Positions 43,894-50,633 of a stretch of 64,000 nt of DNA are shown here, piece by piece. Each line of letters begins with the position of its first letter. Position 1 is the stretch's first letter. The position numbers and the translations under genes were made by a program. The notes beneath the pieces are model-generated. The model saw only the letters and a list, made by a program, of their open reading frames with translations. It did not search any database and had not been told where the DNA came from. The DNA lies in contig QKHC01000114.1 in the NCBI GenBank assembly GCA_003251175.1, positions 19,350 through 83,349 of the forward strand, in the 5' to 3' direction. Origin of the DNA: Gemmatimonadota bacterium (GTDB lineage: Bacteria; Gemmatimonadota; Gemmatimonadetes; Gemmatimonadales; GWC2-71-9).

Positions 43894-43933
43894 CGCGTTT
43901 GCGCGCTGCGCGTGTGCAGGACACCTTGCCGTC

Positions 43934-44338
43934 ATGCATGCGACAGTAGGAGCCGTGGGGGCGCTGCTCGCGGGCGGCCTCGCGGTCGCCGCGCGTCGGC
44001 GCGGGCCGCGCCGTGAAGCACAGATCCTGGCAATCGGCCTGGTCGTCGCGGCCACCATCTACGGCGTGTTCGCGGCCGTGGGCGGCGCCGCGGCCCGCTG
44101 GCTGGGGATCGAAACCGCGGGGGTATTGCTGTACGGCGCGGTCGCGTGGATCGGGCTCCGCCGCGATCCGCTGTGGCTCGCCGCGGGCTGGCTGCTGCAT
44201 ATCGCGTGGGACGTCGGCCTGCACGGGGCAGCGACGGCATTCGTGCCGTTGTGGTATCCGCCCCTGTGTGTCGGCTTCGACCTGGCCATCGGGCTGTGGG
44301 TGATGGTCCGACGGCGCGACTTGTCGCTGCCGACCTAG
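43934..44338 (+). CDS. small polytopic membrane protein, unknown function
   Basis: Four hydrophobic segments (..ILAIGLVVAATIYGVFAAVGG.., ..GVLLYGAVAWIGL.., ..LAAGWLLHIAWDVGLH..). Confidence 0.5.
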   Translation: MHATVGAVGALLAGGLAVAARRRGPRREAQILAIGLVVAATIYGVFAAVGGAAARWLGIETAGVLLYGAVAWIGLRRDPLWLAAGWLLHIAWDVGLHGAATAFVPLWYPPLCVGFDLAIGLWVMVRRRDLSLPT

Positions 44339-44400
44339 GCACGCGGGTTCGCGGCATGGGGCGCGTGGTCAGAGTACCGGGCACCCCCCTAGATTGGGGC

Positions 44401-44943
44401 ATGCGCGTGTCACTGTGGTTTCTCCCGCTCGCTGGCAGCCTCCTCACCGCCAACTCCCTCGCCGCACAGACGTCCAAATGGCGGCTCGTCGAGACACAGG
44501 ATGAGCTGTCCGGGGATAGCGTGCGCGACAAGCGTCTCATTCTCCGCGCCGATGGGTGGACCACCGGAGGCGCGACCCTGGTGGTGGTCTGCGGCGACCG
44601 CATTCCTGGCGACGCACACCGCACGATGCTGTTCAACGCCGGCGAGCCGCTGGAGCCGTTCGGGGGCGAGGCCCGCGCGTACGTCGAGGTGTCATTCGAC
44701 GGCGGCCGCGGCTGGGAGCGTCACTACTGGTCGCTGACCGAACGTGCCAGCACGCCTGTGGCGTACGTGGGCGACGAGGGCACCCCGTTCTCGGTGGCCT
44801 TGTTCGTCCGATTGCAGTCGGCCCGGACGGCGATTGTCCGCTACCGGGTGATCGGCGGTGACCGCACGGCGCGCTTCGACCTGACCGGCTTGCGAGACGA
44901 GCTCCGTCATCTGTCGGCGTGCACCTGGCCCGCTCCCTCATGA
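44401..44943 (+). CDS. secreted protein, unknown function
   Basis: Signal peptide MRVSLWFLPLAGSLLTANSLAAQ. TAGATT lies 5 nt before the ATG. The ORF-track start 44146 runs through the previous gene. Confidence 0.55.
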   Translation: MRVSLWFLPLAGSLLTANSLAAQTSKWRLVETQDELSGDSVRDKRLILRADGWTTGGATLVVVCGDRIPGDAHRTMLFNAGEPLEPFGGEARAYVEVSFDGGRGWERHYWSLTERASTPVAYVGDEGTPFSVALFVRLQSARTAIVRYRVIGGDRTARFDLTGLRDELRHLSACTWPAPS

Positions 44944-45470
44944 CCGGCCTGGTTCTGGAACGGCCGGGCCCCGGCGAGTACGCCGACTTCTACGCGCGCT
45001 ACATCGCGCGTGTGCCGGACGGCGATGTGGTGGCGCAGCTGGCCACACAGATCGCAGACACGCGACGCGCGCTGCACGCTCTGCCGGCCGCCCGCGCGTC
45101 GCATCGCTACGCTGCCGGCAAGTGGAACGTGACAGAGGTGGTGGGCCACCTCGCCGACGCGGAGCGCGTATTTGCATATCGCGCGCTGCGGTTCGCGCGC
45201 GGTGACGAAACGCCCCTGCCCGGTTTCGACGAGACCGTCTACGTTCCCGCCGGGGAGTTTGCCGACCGCTCGATTGCCTCGGTGGTCGACGAGTTCGCCG
45301 CCGTGCGGTCGGCGACCCTGGTCCTCTTCAGCGCCCTGCCGGCCCATGCCGCCCGGCGCAGCGGTCCGGCCAACGGCCAAACCGTCAGTGTGCGCGCCAT
45401 CGCCTGGATCATCGCCGGGCATGAGCTCCACCACCGCGCGATCCTGCGGGAGCGCTACGGGGTCGGTTGA
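44940..45470 (+). CDS. DinB-family protein (DinB_2-like)
   Basis: ATG overlaps the upstream stop (ATGA). GKWNVTEVVGHLADAERVFAYRAL.. and ..IIAGHELHHRAIL carry the His triad of the DinB fold. Confidence 0.8.
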   Translation: MTGLVLERPGPGEYADFYARYIARVPDGDVVAQLATQIADTRRALHALPAARASHRYAAGKWNVTEVVGHLADAERVFAYRALRFARGDETPLPGFDETVYVPAGEFADRSIASVVDEFAAVRSATLVLFSALPAHAARRSGPANGQTVSVRAIAWIIAGHELHHRAILRERYGVG

Positions 45471-46294
45471 GCGCGCCCGTGACCGGCCCCACCCCGGACG
45501 ACCGCGCGCACTATGGCGCCGCCTACCGCGGCGCGGCAACCACCATTCTGGTGCATGTGCTGGTGCTGTACGCCGCGTTCACGGTCCTGGCGGTGGTGTT
45601 CGGATTTCCGGACGTGCTGCGGCGCTCCGCCGCGGAACGTCTCGACCTCTTCCAGCGGGCCGCGTCCGTGGTCCGACCTGTCTATTGGGTGCTCGCGCTC
45701 ACCGGGTTCACGCAAATCGGCATGGCGGTGTTCCTGTTCCAGTCCTGGCGGGACCGAGGGCGCACGCTGGCGCTGTTCGGTCTCGTTTTCGGCGTGGTGA
45801 CCGGCGTGTTGCAGACACTGGGGTTCATCCGCTGGGTGATCCTGATCCCGTACCTCGCGCGCGCGATGAGCGACCCCCGTGTTGCCGCTGAGACGCGGGA
45901 GGCGATCACGCTGGTCGAAGGCTCGTTCAACCGCTACGCGGGCATGGCGGTGGGGGAGCATGCCGCCAACCTGTGTCTGGGCCTGTGGACGCTGTCGCTG
46001 GCGCTGATGATGCGCCGCACACCGCTGTTCGACCGGAGGCTGGGCACGGTCGGCCTGGTTCTCTCACCAGCCGCGTTCGCGGTCGCGCTGGAGCAACTCG
46101 AGCTCGGAGCGGGATGGCTCGACCGCCTCGTCAACGTGGCGTTTCCGGCATGGCTGGTGTGGCTGGTGGTGATCGCGGCGTCGCTGCTGCGCACCGATCC
46201 CGCCCACGGTCACGGGCCGCGCCTGACGTGGCGCACCGCCACCTGGGCGGGGATTCTCTACGCGCTGCTGGCCGTGCCGATGCTCGCGAGCTGA
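45467..46294 (+). CDS. polytopic membrane protein (DUF4386-like)
   Basis: TTG 45467 overlaps the DinB stop (TTGA). Six or more TM segments. The family call is tentative. Confidence 0.55.
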   Translation: MSAPVTGPTPDDRAHYGAAYRGAATTILVHVLVLYAAFTVLAVVFGFPDVLRRSAAERLDLFQRAASVVRPVYWVLALTGFTQIGMAVFLFQSWRDRGRTLALFGLVFGVVTGVLQTLGFIRWVILIPYLARAMSDPRVAAETREAITLVEGSFNRYAGMAVGEHAANLCLGLWTLSLALMMRRTPLFDRRLGTVGLVLSPAAFAVALEQLELGAGWLDRLVNVAFPAWLVWLVVIAASLLRTDPAHGHGPRLTWRTATWAGILYALLAVPMLAS

Positions 46295-46375
46295 CCGCCA
46301 GCCCCTGGCGGTCGGCACCGCCGGGCAGCAAGTTGCCATTGACACACCGAGCTGTCACTTGCACGGGAGGAATCC

Positions 46376-46543
46376 ATGGCCGGTAAGAGCCGCCGCACGA
46401 CGCACCGCAGCGCTTCGGGAAAGAAGCTCTACGCTGTTCGCGATGCGAAGGGTCGCTTCAAGGACATTCAGACCTATGAGCGCGCGCACCGCGCCGACCT
46501 CAAGCGCAAGAGCCGCAAAGAGAAGCCACGCCGCGGCAAGTAG
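46376..46543 (+). CDS. small highly basic protein (55 aa), not in the ORF track
   Basis: GGGAGG lies 5 nt before ATG 46376. Peptide is MAGKSRRTTHRSASGKKLYAVRDAKGRFKDIQTYERAHRADLKRKSRKEKPRRGK*. Third positions are G/C biased like the neighbouring genes. Confidence 0.5.
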   Translation: MAGKSRRTTHRSASGKKLYAVRDAKGRFKDIQTYERAHRADLKRKSRKEKPRRGK

Positions 46544-46549
46544 TCCGCG

Positions 46550-47104
46550 TCAGTGCGCCGTCTCCGCGCGCGTGGCGTCGATCTCGTCGGCGGCGCGCTG
46601 CAGGGCATCGACTACCCGCCGTCGCACTGTGTCGCTCCGCGAACGCCACGCCGTGCGGTACGCCGTCTTCACGACGCGGCGCACGGCATCGTGGACCTCC
46701 CCCATCGCGCCGCCGACGGCCTGCTCGATGCCCTCGCGCACGCGCTCGAAGATGTCCTCGACCACGTCACGATGCTCGTCGAGAAACGCGCGTCCGGCGT
46801 CGGTGATGGTGTACACCTTCTTGCCGCCCACCTCCTGCGCGGAAACCAGGCCCTCGTCCTCGAGCCACTGCAGTGTCGGATACACGGTTCCGGGGGACGG
46901 TGAATAGCATCCCTGGAACCGCTCCTCCAGCGCTTTCATGACTTCGTACCCGTGGCGCGGTTTGTCACGGACCAGCTCGAGGATCACGTACTTCATGTCG
47001 CCGGCTTCGAACCATTGCCGGCGGCGCCTCCGCGGGCCTCCCCACATGAACACCCCGCTCGGGCCCACCCCGAAGCCGAAGCCGCCCCAGTCGCGTCGTC
47101 GCAT
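46550..47104 (-). CDS. PadR-family transcriptional regulator
   Basis: YVILELVRDKPRHGYEVMKALEERFQGCYSPSPGTVYPTLQWLEDEGLV..KKVYTITDAGRAFL. GGAGGGG lies 7 nt before ATG 47104. The ORF-track start 47131 is a TTG. Confidence 0.85.
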   Translation of the reverse strand: MRRRDWGGFGFGVGPSGVFMWGGPRRRRRQWFEAGDMKYVILELVRDKPRHGYEVMKALEERFQGCYSPSPGTVYPTLQWLEDEGLVSAQEVGGKKVYTITDAGRAFLDEHRDVVEDIFERVREGIEQAVGGAMGEVHDAVRRVVKTAYRTAWRSRSDTVRRRVVDALQRAADEIDATRAETAH

Positions 47105-47135
47105 GCCTGCCCCTCCGCGTTCGCTGTCCAAGTTA

Positions 47136-47177
47136 ACGATACATTGTCACGATATATCGGGACGATCGGTCTGGCAA
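47136..47177 (-). promoter_or_regulatory. padR promoter/operator region: TTGCCA, 17-nt spacer, TATCGT; repeats ACGATA/ACGATA/ACGATC at 13-bp spacing; 10-bp palindrome CGATATATCG
   Basis: AT-rich island. On the plus strand, the -35 is tggcaa at 47172-47177 and the -10 is acgata at 47149-47154. The repeats are at 47136, 47149 and 47162. Confidence 0.45.
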
Positions 47178-47216
47178 TCCCCCGTTCCAAGACCACTCAA
47201 CGGACTGTGGCCTGGC

Positions 47217-47254
47217 AAAAAAAACCCGGAGCCACCGGCGAGGTGGCCCCGGGT
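47217..47254 (-). terminator. rho-independent terminator of the sigma/anti-sigma/PDZ operon
   Basis: Minus strand reads ACCCGGGGCCACC-tcgcc-GGTGGCTCCGGGT followed by TTTTTTTT, about 22 nt after the stop at 47277. Confidence 0.8.
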
Positions 47255-47276
47255 CCACATGCGACGCCGGGTTGGG

Positions 47277-48200
47277 TTAGCCCTCTTCGGAGCGCTCCGG
47301 ACGCGGTGCTCGCGGCGCCGCCCGCGGGGTGCGGACGCGCACCCGCTCGCGCTCAGGCACCGTCCAGGTCACCGTCTCCTTCCGCTGCTTGCGCTGGATC
47401 TCGAGCGACACGCGCTCTCCCGCTTCATAGGAGCGCAGAATCCGCAGCGCATGCGACGGTGAGGTCGGCTTCCGCCCGTCGATGGCGAGGATGACGTCCC
47501 CCGACTTGAGGGGCATGGCCGAATCCGACCGCACCTTGACCACGAGCAGTCCGTCCGAGACGCCGAAGTACTCGCCCAGGTCGCGATCGAGCGTGACCAG
47601 CTCGACGCCGCCCCAGGGCGACGCCAGTCCGGCGAGCTCGACCTCGATGCGCCGCATGGCATCGTCCGCCTCGGGCGCATAGCGGAGCTTCGGTGCGACC
47701 TCGATGTCCGGCACCAGGGGCCCGGCCCACACGCCCCCGGGCATTCGCGCCAGTCCTCTCCACCCGATGTCCGCGGCCACGATGGTAGCCGTCTTGGTAT
47801 CGTTGCCGCGGCGATACTCCAGCCGCACCGAGTCCCCCGGCTCGAGGGCGCGCGCCAGCTCGAGCAGCTTCATGCCGGGGCCGGACTCATCCGCCTCCTC
47901 CGCCTTGGCGCCGCCCAAGGCGGTGGTGTTGAACTTGGTGATGATGTCGCCCGCCTTCATCCCCGCCCGCTCCGCCGGCCCTCCCGGGGTAACACCCTCG
48001 ATCCGCGCACCGAGGCGGTCGGTCGACGCATCGGCCTCGGTCGAGACGATGACGCCGATGCGACCGCGATTGTCGTTCCAGGTGAACACCCGGTAGGCGT
48101 CGCGGGCGCGGTCCCGAGAGCTCGGCGGCGGCTCCTGCGCCGGCGCAATGGTAGAGACGGCGAACATCGTCGTCGCCGCCAGCAATGTCATGCGGTTCAT
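47277..48200 (-). CDS. periplasmic protein with two PDZ domains (no protease domain)
   Basis: Signal peptide MNRMTLLAATTMFAVSTIAPAQ. PDZ-like segments are GARIEGVTPGGPAERAGMKAGDIITKF and GLLVVKVRSDSAMPLKSGDVILAIDG. Confidence 0.75.
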   Translation of the reverse strand: MNRMTLLAATTMFAVSTIAPAQEPPPSSRDRARDAYRVFTWNDNRGRIGVIVSTEADASTDRLGARIEGVTPGGPAERAGMKAGDIITKFNTTALGGAKAEEADESGPGMKLLELARALEPGDSVRLEYRRGNDTKTATIVAADIGWRGLARMPGGVWAGPLVPDIEVAPKLRYAPEADDAMRRIEVELAGLASPWGGVELVTLDRDLGEYFGVSDGLLVVKVRSDSAMPLKSGDVILAIDGRKPTSPSHALRILRSYEAGERVSLEIQRKQRKETVTWTVPERERVRVRTPRAAPRAPRPERSEEG

Positions 48201-48234
48201 GAGAAACACATCCTTTCCGATCCGGTACACCGGC

Positions 48235-48813
48235 TCAAAACGCCACGTAGGCGGCGCGGGTGACGCGGACCGTATAGAGTTGCCGCATCAATTCCACGCG
48301 CTGCTGCCAGAGCTCCAGGAGCTGGGCTTCCTGTGACACTTCGGGCAGCGCTCCATCGATGACGGCAATCCGATCTTCCAGTTCAGCGGCGATCGCGGCT
48401 TCGCGGCCCGACATCACCCGTCCGGGCCCTTCCCACGTCGCCAATTGCTCTTCGAGCGCCGCGGACGCCTCCTTCGCCTCCGCAAGGTCCGCGGCGTAGG
48501 CTGGTGTGACCGCAGGTCCCAACGACCGGCCAAGGAGTAGGCCCGCCGCCACCGCCGCGGCAGCCAGCCCCGACCACCGCATCAGCCGCCGCCGGCGAGC
48601 CGCACGGCGCTCCACCGCGAGCAGGGTGCGCACTGCGGGCCACCGATCGCGGCTTGCGTGACGCGGGGGGAGCGCGCGCAGCCCTGCGACTCGCTGGTGC
48701 AGCGCATCGAGTTCGCCGCCACAGTGCGCGCACTCGGCGACGTGCTGGCGCCCCCACGGCGACCCCTCGCCGTCCCGCAGGGCGATCAACTGATCCATCG
48801 TGCAGTGCGTCAT
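48235..48813 (-). CDS. anti-sigma factor (zinc-finger HC2 type) with one TM helix
   Basis: ATG 48813 overlaps the sigma stop (ATGA). ZAS-like motif HVAECAHCGGEL. TM helix is WSGLAAAAVAAGLLLG. Confidence 0.7.
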   Translation of the reverse strand: MTHCTMDQLIALRDGEGSPWGRQHVAECAHCGGELDALHQRVAGLRALPPRHASRDRWPAVRTLLAVERRAARRRRLMRWSGLAAAAVAAGLLLGRSLGPAVTPAYAADLAEAKEASAALEEQLATWEGPGRVMSGREAAIAAELEDRIAVIDGALPEVSQEAQLLELWQQRVELMRQLYTVRVTRAAYVAF

Positions 48814-49352
48814 GGCGACCTTCCTTCTCCCTCCGAGCCCAGCAGGCGCCGCAGCCGCGCATGCGCCCGCGAGAGCTGGGACTTCGAAAAGCTCGCCGTC
48901 TTGCCCATCATCTCGGCGATCTCTTCGTGCGTATACCCTTCCACATCGTGCAGCCACACCACGGCGCGTGACGTCTCGCTCAACGACTCGAAGGCTCGCT
49001 CGAGGTCCAGCGTGAGACCCACCGGCGGCCCGGATCGCCCCGTACTCTCCTCGAGCAGCTCCTCGGTCGTCCGGATCTGCTCGCGTCGAATGCGCATCAG
49101 CGCCTTGGACGCCGCGATCCGCCGCACCCACCCCCACAGCGCGCCGTCACCACGGTACGCGCCGATGCTGCGCACCACCTCGAGAAAGGTCTCCTGCAGC
49201 ACATCCTCGGCGTCCTCAGAGCTGCGCAGCATGCGGCGCGCCAGGTTGTAGACGGGCGTCTCGAAGGCCCGGAAGAGAGCCTCCAGCGCCTCCTCGTCCC
49301 CGGCCTTGGCGCGCGCCACCAGGATGTCCGGTACCGCGAGAGACAGCGTCAT
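48810..49352 (-). CDS. ECF (RpoE-like) sigma factor
   Basis: Region 2 is ..ALFRAFETPVYNLARRML..AEDVLQETFLEVV... Region 4 is ..VVWLHDVEGYTHEEIAEMMGKTASFSKSQLSRA. Confidence 0.85.
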   Translation of the reverse strand: MTLSLAVPDILVARAKAGDEEALEALFRAFETPVYNLARRMLRSSEDAEDVLQETFLEVVRSIGAYRGDGALWGWVRRIAASKALMRIRREQIRTTEELLEESTGRSGPPVGLTLDLERAFESLSETSRAVVWLHDVEGYTHEEIAEMMGKTASFSKSQLSRAHARLRRLLGSEGEGRSP

Positions 49353-49480
49353 GGTCTGCAAGTTATGATGCGACAGGGGGCTCGAGCGTCGCAGCCGGAA
49401 CCCTCCGGACCTACCACGATTCGGAACCTCGCGCCGCACCACACCCCGGCCACATACCGGTCCGTAAATAGTTGAGAAGC

Positions 49481-49508
49481 TTGCACTTGCATCTGACGGT
49501 TCTATCTT
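49481..49508 (+). promoter_or_regulatory. sigma70-type promoter: TTGCAC, 16-nt spacer, TATCTT, 8 nt before ATG 49517 (leaderless layout)
   Basis: Read directly. There is no SD between the -10 element and the ATG. Confidence 0.45.
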
Positions 49509-49516
49509 CCCCCACC

Positions 49517-50629
49517 ATGACCGTCCCCGACCTCGCGTCCTGGCTGCACCACTATCAGGACGAGGCGGACGCCGCGTTCCTGTATCGCACGCTGGCGTCT
49601 GCGGAGCGCGACGACCACCGTCGCGACGTCTATCGTCGCCTGGCGGAGGTTGAGGAGCGCCATACAGCCATCTGGGCCAGGTTGCTGGAAGAGCACGGGC
49701 ACCGCACGTCCGCGACGGGACCAGGGCCCAGCCTGCAGGCCCGTGTTACCGCGCGGCTGGGGCGGTGGCTCGGCTCCGGGTTCCTGCTCCCGTTCCTGCT
49801 GCGCGAAGAGGGACGCGAGGTCAGGAGCTATCTCCATCTGCATCGCCGGTCCACCGGTGGCCCGGCGCAGGAAGTGGCACTCACTCTCGCCCGCGAATCG
49901 GCGCAGCACGCGGAGACACTAGCGGGGATCACGGGACAACCGGGGGAGCCCTGGCACCGCACCGGATCAGGCGGGTTTCTCCGCAACGTGGTGTACGGCT
50001 TCAACGATGGCCTGACGGCGAACTTCGGACTGGTGGCGGGCGTGATCGGCGCCGCAGTGGCACCGCACGTCGTGCTCATCTCCGGAGTCGCGGGGATGCT
50101 CGCCGACGCCCTCTCCATGGGATCGTCGGGCTATCTCGCGGCGAAGAGCGAGCAGGAGGTGTACGCCCACGAGATCGCGATGGAGCGCGAGGAGATCCGC
50201 CTCATGCCCGAGGTCGAGGAGGAAGAACTGGCGTTGGTCTACGAGGCCAAGGGCATCGACCGCCACCGTGCACGCCAGATGGCGGCGGAGGTGATGCGCG
50301 ACCCGGCACAGGCCCTGGCCGAGAAGGTGCGTGAGGAGTTGAAGATCGCTGAGGCCCACAGCACGCCGCTGCGGGAGGGCTGGATCACCGGGCTCGCGAC
50401 CGCGGTCGGGGCATTCATTCCTGTGGCCCCCTTCCTGGTGCTCCGCAGCGAGGCGGCGATCTGGACGGCGTTTGCGCTGGCGATGGTGTCCCATTTCGCC
50501 GTCGGCGCCGCCCGCAGCTTCTTCACCGGTCGCGGGATCCTGCGCTCTGGCATCGACATGTTCGTGGTCGGACTCGGGGTCGCTGGTGTGGGTTACCTCG
50601 TCGGCGACCTCGTAGCTCGATGGTTGTGA
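49517..50629 (+). CDS. VIT1/CCC1-family iron/manganese transporter with N-terminal ferritin/rubrerythrin-like domain
   Basis: The N-terminal region ..YQDEADAAFLYRTLA..EERH.. is ferritin-like. The C-terminal region VVYGFNDGLTANFGLVAGV.. plus TM helices is the VIT1 core. Confidence 0.85.
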   Translation: MTVPDLASWLHHYQDEADAAFLYRTLASAERDDHRRDVYRRLAEVEERHTAIWARLLEEHGHRTSATGPGPSLQARVTARLGRWLGSGFLLPFLLREEGREVRSYLHLHRRSTGGPAQEVALTLARESAQHAETLAGITGQPGEPWHRTGSGGFLRNVVYGFNDGLTANFGLVAGVIGAAVAPHVVLISGVAGMLADALSMGSSGYLAAKSEQEVYAHEIAMEREEIRLMPEVEEEELALVYEAKGIDRHRARQMAAEVMRDPAQALAEKVREELKIAEAHSTPLREGWITGLATAVGAFIPVAPFLVLRSEAAIWTAFALAMVSHFAVGAARSFFTGRGILRSGIDMFVVGLGVAGVGYLVGDLVARWL

Positions 50630-50633
50630 GCGA

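Noticed and set aside
46294-46312. Hairpin ACCGCCAG-ccc-CTGGCGGT overlapping the stop of the DUF4386-like gene, considered as a terminator.
   Set aside because: The loop is only 3 nt and there is no U-tract. It is kept as a weak possibility only and not listed as a feature.
49397-49427. Two GGAAC motifs (49397-49401 and 49423-49427) between the divergent ECF sigma and VIT1 genes, considered as ECF-type -35 elements for sigma autoregulation.
   Set aside because: They are on the plus strand, the wrong orientation for the minus-strand sigma operon. They lack a convincing CGTC/TC -10 partner at 16-17 nt. Sigma70-like hexamers fit both genes better.
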